This document shows positions 52,432 to 61,922 of a DNA stretch of 64,000 nucleotides, in pieces. Every line of letters begins with the position of its first letter. Within the stretch, counting starts at the first letter, position 1. The notes below the pieces were generated by a model. It was given only the letters and a program-made list of their open reading frames with translations. It was not told the origin of the DNA and made no database searches. Position numbers and translations under genes: made by a program. Location: contig CAVUDP010000001.1 of assembly GCA_963740315.1 (NCBI GenBank), forward strand, positions 576,001-640,000, in the 5' to 3' direction. The stretch is from an uncultured cyanobacterium (GTDB lineage Bacteria > Cyanobacteriota > Cyanobacteriia > Cyanobacteriales > Nostocaceae).

Positions 52432-53556
52432 ATGGCGACACAAAACGGTAAAGGTAATTTGCGCTATGCGGCTGTTGCGTTGGGTTGGATTGTTCAAGAA
52501 GATGTTTTACCAGCTTTTTCTAATACCGAAAATTCTGAATTAGCTGCTTTAATTTCTGGCGATGAAACTAAGCGCGAGGAACTCGGTAAAAAGTATCATG
52601 TCCCCGCTTATACCTACGAACAATACGAAGAATGTTTGAAAAAAGAAAATATTGATGCAGTATACATCGGCTCCCCAAATCACCTGCATCTCGAACATAC
52701 AGTAAGAGCAGCTAAAGCTGGAGTACACATCCTTTGTGAAAAGCCGATGGCTGTAACAGAAGATGAATGCGAGCAAATGATTAACGCTGCGAAAGAGAAT
52801 AACGTTAAATTAATGATTGCTTATCGTCTCCATTTTGATAAAGCAAACATGGAAGCGGTAAACATAGTTCAATCAGGAAAAATAGGTGAACCCCGCTTTT
52901 TTGATTCTGTATTTTCTCAACAGGTTGAGGAAGGGAATATCAGATTAAGAGAACCGCTTGAAAACGGCGGTGGTTCGTTTTATGACATGGGAATTTATTG
53001 TATTAATGCAGCGCGTTATTTATTTCAAGATGAACCCACAGAAGTATTTGCTTTCATCGCTAATAACGGCGAAAAACGCTTTGCAAAAGTTGATGAAATG
53101 ACAAGCGTTTCGATGCGTTTTCCTAAAGAAAGATTGGCTCATTTTACAAGTAGTTTTGGTGCTTCCTCTACAGCAACATTCCGAGTAGTAGGAACAAAAG
53201 GCGACTTAAGGATGGATAGCGCTTATACCTATGCAGGTGACTTGAAACAAGAGATTACCGTAGACGGTGAAAAACAAGAGCGATCGTATCCTGCTGGCGA
53301 TCAATTTGGTGCAGAAATTCAATATTTCTCCGATTGCGTGTTGAATAATAAAGAACCCGAACCATGTGGAAGAGAAGGTTTAGCAGATGTTCGTATCATT
53401 CGAGCAATTATCGAATCAGCACAGACAGGAAAGCCGGTAAAACTTGATGAATTTAAGATAGAAAAAAGACCAAATCTTGAACAAGTAATTCAACTTCCTG
53501 CTATCGAAACACCGGACAATTTTGTTAACGCTGCTGATATGCAAGGGAATGGGTAA
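52432..53556 (+). CDS. Gfo/Idh/MocA (glucose-fructose oxidoreductase-like) oxidoreductase
   Basis: DAVYIGSPNHLH, HILCEKPMA, MIAYRLHF and GGSFYDMGIYCINAARY. Confidence 0.9.
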   Translation: MATQNGKGNLRYAAVALGWIVQEDVLPAFSNTENSELAALISGDETKREELGKKYHVPAYTYEQYEECLKKENIDAVYIGSPNHLHLEHTVRAAKAGVHILCEKPMAVTEDECEQMINAAKENNVKLMIAYRLHFDKANMEAVNIVQSGKIGEPRFFDSVFSQQVEEGNIRLREPLENGGGSFYDMGIYCINAARYLFQDEPTEVFAFIANNGEKRFAKVDEMTSVSMRFPKERLAHFTSSFGASSTATFRVVGTKGDLRMDSAYTYAGDLKQEITVDGEKQERSYPAGDQFGAEIQYFSDCVLNNKEPEPCGREGLADVRIIRAIIESAQTGKPVKLDEFKIEKRPNLEQVIQLPAIETPDNFVNAADMQGNG

Positions 53557-53962
53557 TGGGGAATAGGTAATAGGGAATTTAAACCTTGATGTAGAGACGT
53601 TGCACTGCAACGTCTTTATTTTTCATGCATAAAAACACTTAGTTTAATTATAATTTGCGTATTTTCAGGTGAGACATTTAAATCATAATTATCTAAGTAT
53701 AAACCGAAAAAGACACAATAAACTACTTTCTCTTCAAGCTTCTTTTTCAAATATTTCAGAATAATCATCGTTGAAATTTATACCAGTAATCCGGATAATG
53801 ATTAATAGATAATAAATACGATTTTTTTGAATAGCTGTGGTTTGTAGTAAGTGCTTTAGCGCCGAAACTTTTTGTAGACAACGTATTAAGTTGCTCTGCT
53901 TATTTTCTTGTACTTATTTACAGCAATTAAAGAAATTTTTGAAAACTAACTAAAACAAAAAT

Positions 53963-56900
53963 ATGAACGCACCAAAGCAATTAACAAACTTTAACTCTCC
54001 TCTAATCGGTTCCAATCCTTCAGAAATAATTGATATTAACGGTGTAATTTACTTCACTGCGGATGATGGAAGAAACGGAAGAGAACTTTGGAAATTAGAT
54101 AAAAGCGGTAATCCCGTAACTGTGGGAGATATCAATGATGGTTTCGCTTCTTCTAATCCTGAAAATTTGACAGTTATTAACAATACGCTTTACTTTACTG
54201 CTGAAACTACAGAAGAAGGGAGAGAGTTATGGAAAATAAGCGAAACAGGTGTACCAGAAAAGTTTGAAGATATTAATTTAGGCGCTAATTCTTCAAATCC
54301 TTCTAATTTAACTGCCTTCAATAATACGCTGTATTTTACTGCAATTGACTTAGACAACCGAGTTGCTTTAAACAAAATAACTACTGATGGAAACATCGAA
54401 ACTATTAATAATACGACTATTGACAATCGCGAAATTTCTAATTTAACTGTTGTTAACGACGCGCTTTACTTTACTCTTACAGATAGAAATGGCATAACGC
54501 AATTGTGGAAAACTACTAATGCTGGAAGTAGCGAGCAAGTTGATGAATTTCCTAACGATTTTTCTAATTTTTCTAATTTCAACGTTGTAAATAATACGCT
54601 TTATTTCACAGTTAAAGATAGAAACAATAATGTCATACTTCTAAAAATCAATAATCAAGGTGATGTCCAACCTATTAACGGTATCAATGGCAATTACTAT
54701 GATTTATCAAATTTGACTGCTGTTAATAATACGCTATATTTCAGTACTACCGATAATAATCGCCCATACTTATGGAAGATAGATAGTAACGGTGATGCTC
54801 AACAACTTAATAATTATGGTAGTTTTTCAAATTTATCAAATTTATCAAATTTGGTAGCTGTGAATGACATTCTTTATTTTAGTGGTACTGATAGATACAA
54901 CGGCTTACAGCTTTGGCAAATTGATAATAATGGTTATACCAAGCAAGTTCCGGGTACTGTGAGTACCTACTCAAACTTATCCGATTTTACGATTGTTAAC
55001 GACACGCTTTACTTTACCTCCGACGATTCGCGACTACTGTGGCAAGTTGATAACAATGGTGAAGCTAAGAGCATAAATGATTACAATTCATCAAACATAA
55101 GAAATCTAACTGTTGCTAATAACACTCTTTACTTCAGCGCAATCGATCGCAACAACGATTCAAAACTATTCAAAATAAACGATCGCGGTTATGCCGATAT
55201 CGTTAGGGATATTGACGAAATGTCGAATCCTTCTAATTTAATGGTTCTCAACGAGACGCTTTACTTTACTGCTAAAGATAAAAATAACGGAAACGAACTG
55301 TGGAAGGTGAAGAATGAATTTGATAATAGTGATACTGCGGTTCGTTTGAGTGAAATCAATAGGAAAACTCGCGAAGCTCCATCTGATTTTATTAACGTTA
55401 ACGGTACGCTTTATTTTACTAGATTTAATAATGAATTATGGAGAATAGATAGCAACGGCGTACCAGAACCTGTTAACAATACGGCTATTGATGATGTGTC
55501 AAATCTATCCAATTTCACCGTCCTTAACAATACGCTTTATTTTACTACCGAACGTGAAGGTGATGGTAGAAAACTGTGGAGAGTAATTAACAACGGTATT
55601 CCCGAACCCGTTGAAGAAATCAACAATAGTTCTATTGAATTAAATCCTGACAGTTTCACTGTTTTTAATGGTACGCTCTATTTCACCGTTAGTCTTAATG
55701 GAGATAGAACAGAACTAGTAAAAATAGACGATCGAGGTAATATACAACCTGTTGATTATTTTTACTTTGGCGGCAATTATCCACCATTAAAAGCTGATAA
55801 TTTAACTGTTGTTAACAATACGCTTTACCTTACTTTTAGCGATAGGGAAAATAATGCCAGACTTTGGAAGATAAATCAAAGAGGTGAAGCAGAAGAGATT
55901 AACGACGATAGCTATAACTATCCAGCATTAAATCCCGAAAATTTCACTTTTGTAAACGACACGCTGTATTTTACTGCTGAAAATGAAGAATACGGCAGGG
56001 AATTATGGAGGATAAATGAAAATGGTAAGTCGGAGCGCCTTAACGATATTAATTACCTTAGAGAATCTTCTAATCCCGAAAATTTAACTGTTTTGGGTGA
56101 CACGCTTTTCTTCACTATCAATCGCGATCGAGGTACCGAATTGTGGGTAGTTACAAACCGCGATGGAAAACCACAACCGGAACCCATCTATAATAGTCCT
56201 ACATTTTCTAATCTGGAAAATTTAACTGTTGTCAATAACACGCTTTTCTTTACCGCTGACGATCGCACTCAAGGCAAGGAATTATGGAAACTAGATAGCA
56301 GAGGTAATGTAATACCTGTAAAAGATATTAATCCCGGTAGTCTCTCTTCTAATCCTACCAATCTAACAGTTGTTAACGACACGCTTTATTTTACTGCTAC
56401 CGATCGCACTGGTACTAAATTATGGTGGATAGATAGCAATGGTGAAGTTAAACCAGTTGAAAATATTGATGATAATTCCTCTAATTTATCAAATTTCACT
56501 ATATTGAATGACACCCTTTACTTTACCGCTACTGATAGTAATTCTAGAAAACTTTGGAAAGTGGAAGGTAACGGGAATGCAATGTTTGTAGATGATGTCA
56601 ACCGTAACAGCGGCTTTTCTGAAGATTTTAATTTAACCGCAGTTGACGGCAAACTATACTTTGTTAAAGATAATGGCAGTAATCCACAAATATGGGCTTT
56701 GGAAAATAAAGCTCCCGAAATTGAACTATCAACTTACAATGCCAGCTATGCAGAAAGTTGGGGATTTGTTGAATATAGCAGACCTGCGAATATTGCTCCA
56801 AATGCAAGAATCATAGATCCAGATTCTGATAACTTTAATAACGGTAAATTAATCGTTCGGATTACCGATGGTGGTGATGCTGACGATCGCTTGGGTATAC

Positions 56901-59900
56901 ATGGAAGATACATTAGCTTAGACGGCACAATTGTCAAATATAGAGATAGTGAAATCGGTATCCTCACTCCTAGCTACGGTGTTGAGGATATGGTAATTGA
57001 TTTCAATGCCAATGCTACACGTTTAGCCGTTGAAGAATTATTGCAAAGTATTACCTATAACAATTTCTCCCGCAATCCTTCCACAACTCCCCGCACGGTA
57101 GAATTTTTACTTAATGACGGTGACGGTAATACTAGTGAAGCTGTCAGTAAAACTGTAAATTTCTCTGCTAGAAACGATTTTCCACTTATTGGTTACAATC
57201 AGTTTCTCTACGATAGCAGTACTGGTTTAGAACCCACAAAACCCGATGCTACACCTAATGGTTCTTGGTTAGATTATAAATCTATTGGCTATTCTAAAGC
57301 TAATAAAACTTTAGTTGATAATGGCATTCAACTAACTTCTGATAATCAAGCTTATGCTGGTTTAAGTAATTACGGATTCTCTAGTACAAGTTTTTATTCT
57401 TCACCTGTTAATAATTATTTCCCCCAACTCATTCGCGACGAAGGTTATATACTTAAATTCAACGCTCAACTACTTTCAGAAGACCATACCAGCTACGGCA
57501 ACAACGATAAAAACGGTGACGGAAAAGCAGACAGAGCGGGCTTTAGCGTTACTTTACTCAGTGACGATCGCAAAGGTATTGAACTCGGTTTCTGGGAAAA
57601 CCGTATTTGGGTACAGCAAGATGAATTTACTAATACAACTTCACAACCTGTTAATGGTATTAATCCTTACTCAACTTTATTTACCCAGGTAGAAGGGGTA
57701 GATTTCAATACTACTAAATCTGTTGATTATGACTTAGCAATCTTGGGAGAATTTTACACTCTTTATGCCGATCGCAAATCAATTTTGACTGGAAGATTGC
57801 GGGATTATTCGGATTACAACCCCACTACCGAACCAGATAGGAATTTTCCCAATCCTTACAACAAATCCAATTTTATTTTCTTAGGGGATAATAATGCTTA
57901 CGCTGGGGCAGATGTAAAACTAGGTGATATTTCGCTGATAACTCACCCAAGAAATACTAATTTATATCCTCTAAACAGCGTTACCTACACAGAAAATGAC
58001 CCCGCGATTGTTATTGCTCCCGAAATTATACTCACCGAGCTTGACTCACCAAACTTCGACAGGGGCAGTCTAAATGTTCGCATAATTTCTGCGGCTCCCG
58101 ACGAATATCTCGATATCGCTAATAACCAACAAATTACGGTTTCCGGTAAACAAGTATTCTTCGATGGTAATGCGATCGGTTATGTTACAAGCAGCACTGG
58201 CAGTAATTCTCTCTCGATTAGATTTAATTATCAAGCTACCCCAGAAGCAGTAGAAACCTTGATGCGTAATATTACTTACGCTAATAGTTCGGAAAATCCA
58301 TTAATAGGTTCGCGTAGAATTGAATTTCGAGTTGATGACGGTGATTTTAACGGTGATAGCAAGCCAGCTATAAGGGAAATCCTAGTTCAATCTGTTAACG
58401 ATGCACCTATAGTTGCAAATCCCATCAATAATCTAACAACGAATGAAGAAATAGAATTTAGTTTCACCATACCGGAAAATACTTTCCAAGATATTGATGG
58501 AGATAATCTTACTTTAAATGCAACTTTAGAAGATGATTCACCGCTACCAACTTGGTTAACCTTTGATGCTGAAACTGCGACTTTTAGCGGTATTCCCGAA
58601 GATGAAAATGTTGGCGCAATTAAAGTTAAAGTCACGGCAACAGATAATGATGGGGAATCTGTTCAAAGTAGTTTTACCTTAAGAGTCGCTAACGTTAATA
58701 AAATACCTACTATAACCGCAAACCAAACTTTCACCATCGACGAAAACAGCAGAATCTTCACTTCCGTTGGTAAGGTACTCGCAACAGATGCAGACGGTGA
58801 CTTTTTACTCGACTGGAAGATCGCAGACGGAAACTTAGATGTAGATAATGACGGTAAAGCTGCATTTTCTATCAACTACATAAGTGGAGAAATCAAAGTT
58901 AACGATGCTGACGATTTAGATTTTGAAGCTAACCCCAGTTTCCAATTACAAGTAAGTGCTAGTGACAGAACTGATACTAGCATTCCCACAACAGTTACCG
59001 TTAATCTTAATAATATTGCAGGACAAGTAATTAATGGTACAGCTTCAAGCGATACAAGACTTTACGGAGGTTTAGAGGATGACACCATCGATGGAAAAGA
59101 AAGAAATGATTATCTCTACGGGCGTGGTGGTAACGATACTCTTTTAGGTGGTGAAGGTAACGATAATCTTTATGGTGGTGAAGGCGATGACTATATTGAT
59201 GGTGGAGACGGTTTTGATATCATTCGAGATACTGCCGACGTTAACTTTATTCTTACCGACACTCAACTAATCGGCAACGGTACGGATAATTTTGTAAATA
59301 TTGAACGAGCAATTCTAAGTGGAGGAAATAGTGATAATCTAATTGATGCATCTGCTTACAGCAAAAATACTTATCTCTACGGACGCGCTGGAAACGATAC
59401 GCTACTTGGTGGAACTCGTAACGATTACTTTTATGGAGGACAAGGTGATGATTCTATTGATGGAGGAAAAGGTTATGATACTCTGCGAGAAACGCGAGAT
59501 GTTGACTTTACCCTTACTGACACTCAGCTAATCGGCAACGGTACGGATACTATTGCAAGTATTGAACGAGTGATTTTAACTGGCGGAAATAGCGCTAATA
59601 CAATTGATGCATCGGGCTTCAGTGGAAGTACTTATCTTTACGGACGTGCTGGTAATGATAGTTTAAATGGCGGTAGCCGCAGCGATCGCATTTATGGCGG
59701 GCAAGGGGATGATTCAATCAAAGGTGGTACCGGCAACGATTACCTTTATGGTGAAGCAGGGGATGACTCTATTGATGGAGGACAAGGTTTCGATACTCTG
59801 CGAGAAACTGCCGATGTCAACTTTACCCTTACTGACAGTCAACTAATCGGCAACGGTACGGATAATCTTGCAAGTATAGAACGAGCAATTTTGAGTGGAG

Positions 59901-60298
59901 GAAATAGCGCTAATAAAATTGATGCATCTAGTTTCAGTGGAAGTACTTATGTTTACGGACGCAGTGGTAACGATACTTTGTTGGGGGGTAGCGATAATGA
60001 TTACCTTAGAGGAGACAACGGTGATGATTTGATTGACGGTGGTGCTGGCAGCGATCGCCTTTATGGAGGAAGCGGTAAAGATACTTTCGTTTTGAGTTCC
60101 GTTCAAGGTACCGATACTATTTACGATTTTGAAGATGGTGTTGATACTTTGGGTTTATCTGGTGGTTTGACTTTCAATGATTTGGATATCAAGGCGAATG
60201 GAAGTAATACCAATATTCTTTTAAATAATCAAGTTTTAGCTACTTTGAATCGGGTTAATAGTAATTCGATCGAACAAAGCGATTTCACTTCTGTTTAA
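53963..60298 (+). CDS. Giant RTX adhesin: 20 ELWxxDGT-like propeller repeats, Ig/cadherin-like modules, lectin-like insert, RTX nonapeptides
   Basis: Repeated NLTVVNNTLYF..ELW; LPTWLTFD (He_PIG); LDFE cadherin; GGxGxDxL RTX repeats; C-terminal DTIYDF..GVD T1SS-type tail; no Sec signal. Confidence 0.88.
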   Translation: MNAPKQLTNFNSPLIGSNPSEIIDINGVIYFTADDGRNGRELWKLDKSGNPVTVGDINDGFASSNPENLTVINNTLYFTAETTEEGRELWKISETGVPEKFEDINLGANSSNPSNLTAFNNTLYFTAIDLDNRVALNKITTDGNIETINNTTIDNREISNLTVVNDALYFTLTDRNGITQLWKTTNAGSSEQVDEFPNDFSNFSNFNVVNNTLYFTVKDRNNNVILLKINNQGDVQPINGINGNYYDLSNLTAVNNTLYFSTTDNNRPYLWKIDSNGDAQQLNNYGSFSNLSNLSNLVAVNDILYFSGTDRYNGLQLWQIDNNGYTKQVPGTVSTYSNLSDFTIVNDTLYFTSDDSRLLWQVDNNGEAKSINDYNSSNIRNLTVANNTLYFSAIDRNNDSKLFKINDRGYADIVRDIDEMSNPSNLMVLNETLYFTAKDKNNGNELWKVKNEFDNSDTAVRLSEINRKTREAPSDFINVNGTLYFTRFNNELWRIDSNGVPEPVNNTAIDDVSNLSNFTVLNNTLYFTTEREGDGRKLWRVINNGIPEPVEEINNSSIELNPDSFTVFNGTLYFTVSLNGDRTELVKIDDRGNIQPVDYFYFGGNYPPLKADNLTVVNNTLYLTFSDRENNARLWKINQRGEAEEINDDSYNYPALNPENFTFVNDTLYFTAENEEYGRELWRINENGKSERLNDINYLRESSNPENLTVLGDTLFFTINRDRGTELWVVTNRDGKPQPEPIYNSPTFSNLENLTVVNNTLFFTADDRTQGKELWKLDSRGNVIPVKDINPGSLSSNPTNLTVVNDTLYFTATDRTGTKLWWIDSNGEVKPVENIDDNSSNLSNFTILNDTLYFTATDSNSRKLWKVEGNGNAMFVDDVNRNSGFSEDFNLTAVDGKLYFVKDNGSNPQIWALENKAPEIELSTYNASYAESWGFVEYSRPANIAPNARIIDPDSDNFNNGKLIVRITDGGDADDRLGIHGRYISLDGTIVKYRDSEIGILTPSYGVEDMVIDFNANATRLAVEELLQSITYNNFSRNPSTTPRTVEFLLNDGDGNTSEAVSKTVNFSARNDFPLIGYNQFLYDSSTGLEPTKPDATPNGSWLDYKSIGYSKANKTLVDNGIQLTSDNQAYAGLSNYGFSSTSFYSSPVNNYFPQLIRDEGYILKFNAQLLSEDHTSYGNNDKNGDGKADRAGFSVTLLSDDRKGIELGFWENRIWVQQDEFTNTTSQPVNGINPYSTLFTQVEGVDFNTTKSVDYDLAILGEFYTLYADRKSILTGRLRDYSDYNPTTEPDRNFPNPYNKSNFIFLGDNNAYAGADVKLGDISLITHPRNTNLYPLNSVTYTENDPAIVIAPEIILTELDSPNFDRGSLNVRIISAAPDEYLDIANNQQITVSGKQVFFDGNAIGYVTSSTGSNSLSIRFNYQATPEAVETLMRNITYANSSENPLIGSRRIEFRVDDGDFNGDSKPAIREILVQSVNDAPIVANPINNLTTNEEIEFSFTIPENTFQDIDGDNLTLNATLEDDSPLPTWLTFDAETATFSGIPEDENVGAIKVKVTATDNDGESVQSSFTLRVANVNKIPTITANQTFTIDENSRIFTSVGKVLATDADGDFLLDWKIADGNLDVDNDGKAAFSINYISGEIKVNDADDLDFEANPSFQLQVSASDRTDTSIPTTVTVNLNNIAGQVINGTASSDTRLYGGLEDDTIDGKERNDYLYGRGGNDTLLGGEGNDNLYGGEGDDYIDGGDGFDIIRDTADVNFILTDTQLIGNGTDNFVNIERAILSGGNSDNLIDASAYSKNTYLYGRAGNDTLLGGTRNDYFYGGQGDDSIDGGKGYDTLRETRDVDFTLTDTQLIGNGTDTIASIERVILTGGNSANTIDASGFSGSTYLYGRAGNDSLNGGSRSDRIYGGQGDDSIKGGTGNDYLYGEAGDDSIDGGQGFDTLRETADVNFTLTDSQLIGNGTDNLASIERAILSGGNSANKIDASSFSGSTYVYGRSGNDTLLGGSDNDYLRGDNGDDLIDGGAGSDRLYGGSGKDTFVLSSVQGTDTIYDFEDGVDTLGLSGGLTFNDLDIKANGSNTNILLNNQVLATLNRVNSNSIEQSDFTSV

Positions 60299-60304
60299 AC
60301 AATA

Positions 60305-60355
60305 GTTTGTAGTAAGGACTTTAGTCCTTGAAGCGCTAAAGCACTTACTACGAAC
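60305..60355. repeat. REP-like hairpin between convergent genes
   Basis: GTTTGTAGTAAG...CTTACTACGAAC inverted repeat; half copy at 53840-53862. Confidence 0.7.
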
Positions 60356-60356
60356 A

Positions 60357-61676
60357 TTACAACGAAATTCCTTTGAGTTTCTTAAATAAATTTGTAGCGT
60401 AGGAATCAGTCATACCAGAAATATAATCGGTGACTTGGAGAATTTTGTCATAAAAATCTTGATTTTCACTAAATAGATATTGTTGAGGTATCATCTGTTT
60501 AAGAAACTTAGCTTTGCTGCCTTTTGATAAAACTGCATCGGCAAATTCGGCGAATAAATTACCTAAAATTTCATCTCCGGCAATACGGGTACCGATCACA
60601 TCTGGATGGTTAATTACTTTATTTAGAGTTTCGGAGCGTATATCCTCAAGTACGGAAGCATATTTACTCAAAGCTAGCAATTCGGTATCGAATTCACCAG
60701 TAAGCATTTCTGGTTCTTTTAATAGAAAAATATCGGCAACTTCTTTTACAAGTTTACTAATAGCACGAGCGCGTAAATATTTGATTTCTTCTTCTTCGGT
60801 GTTGGCTTGTGCTTTGATGTCGGATTCCGAACGTTCGGCGATCGCGTTGAGTAAATTTTTCGCATTTGTAAAAGGTATATATCTCATGCGGTAGCCATCT
60901 TCTACGTCTACAATTAAATAGCAGATATCGTCGGCAGCTTCCATCAAAAAAGCTAAGGGATGTCTTGCCCACCATGAAACTTTATCGCTGCGGCGAATCA
61001 ACCCTACCGTTTGTGCAACTTCTGCAAATAACTCTTTTTCTGCTTGAAAAAAATTATATTTAGCAATACTTTTACCTTGATAACCATTAAGTATATGTTC
61101 GGGAATATCAGATTCTTTAGGATATTTAGCAAAGGCGGCTATTGTTGGACAGGTAAGTTGCATTCCTCCTTTTCGAGGCTGCATTTCCAGATTGCTGATA
61201 ATCCGAAAGCCTTGAGCGTTACCTTCAAATAAATTAAAATCAGTTTCCTGAATTTCGCTGAGACTTACTTGTATTTTTGCATACCAATCCTTAAAGCCGC
61301 TTTGAATTGCCTCTTCCCCAGAATGACCGAAAGGAGGATTACCGATGTCATGAGCGAGACTTGCAGCCGAGACAATATCCCCAAAATCGGAAGGATTATA
61401 GTCTTTAAGATTATGCCTTTTAATAACTTCGTTGCCGACAATTGTACCTAGCGATCGCCCGACACAAGAAACTTCAATACTGTGAATTAAACGGGTACGT
61501 AAATAATCGTTTTCTGGTAAAGAATAAACTTGAGTCTTATCTTTTAAACGACGAAAAGGAGAAGAAAACACCAAGCGATCGTAGTCTCTTTGAAAACAAG
61601 TGCGTAAAGACTCAGAATCAACAGGACTATTTTTACCTAATCTTTGTCTCGTTAAAAGTTGCTGCCATTGCATCAT
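60357..61676 (-). CDS. dgt: Deoxyguanosinetriphosphate triphosphohydrolase (HD-domain dGTPase)
   Basis: FRRLKDKTQV, RTRLIHSIEV, AHDIGNPPFGH, EAADDICY and DYISGMTD. Confidence 0.92.
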   Translation of the reverse strand: MMQWQQLLTRQRLGKNSPVDSESLRTCFQRDYDRLVFSSPFRRLKDKTQVYSLPENDYLRTRLIHSIEVSCVGRSLGTIVGNEVIKRHNLKDYNPSDFGDIVSAASLAHDIGNPPFGHSGEEAIQSGFKDWYAKIQVSLSEIQETDFNLFEGNAQGFRIISNLEMQPRKGGMQLTCPTIAAFAKYPKESDIPEHILNGYQGKSIAKYNFFQAEKELFAEVAQTVGLIRRSDKVSWWARHPLAFLMEAADDICYLIVDVEDGYRMRYIPFTNAKNLLNAIAERSESDIKAQANTEEEEIKYLRARAISKLVKEVADIFLLKEPEMLTGEFDTELLALSKYASVLEDIRSETLNKVINHPDVIGTRIAGDEILGNLFAEFADAVLSKGSKAKFLKQMIPQQYLFSENQDFYDKILQVTDYISGMTDSYATNLFKKLKGISL

Positions 61677-61679
61677 AAT

Positions 61680-61922
61680 AATTTTGGATTTTAGATTTTA
61701 GATTTTGGATTAAAAGAGTTAGGAATTAGGAATTAGGAGTTAGGAATTAGGAGTTAGGAGTTAGGAGTTAGGAGTTAGGAGTTAGGAGTTAGGAGTTAGG
61801 AATTAGAAGTTAGGAGTTAGGAGTTAGCAGTTAGGAGATGAAGAGTGAAATTTCTCCCCATCCCCCCATCCCCCCATCTCCCCATCCCCCCATCTCCCCA
61901 TCTTCCCCATCCCCCTCTCCCC
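61680..61922. repeat. Composite STRR: (TTTTAGA/TTTTGGA)n, (GGAGTTA)n, (CCCCATC)n
   Basis: Tandem heptamers; the same classes occur at 1460-1660, 4605-4784 and 9410-9600. Confidence 0.95.

Noticed and set aside
60357..61676. dGTPase as an anti-phage defence island gene
   Set aside because: The neighbours are ftsH and an adhesin, with no other defence or mobility genes, so housekeeping dgt is the simpler reading. A phylogeny would be needed to exclude the defence clade.
61716..61836. Long regular repeat tracts as a possible CRISPR array
   Set aside because: They are contiguous 7-8-mers without unique spacers, and there are no cas genes in the window.
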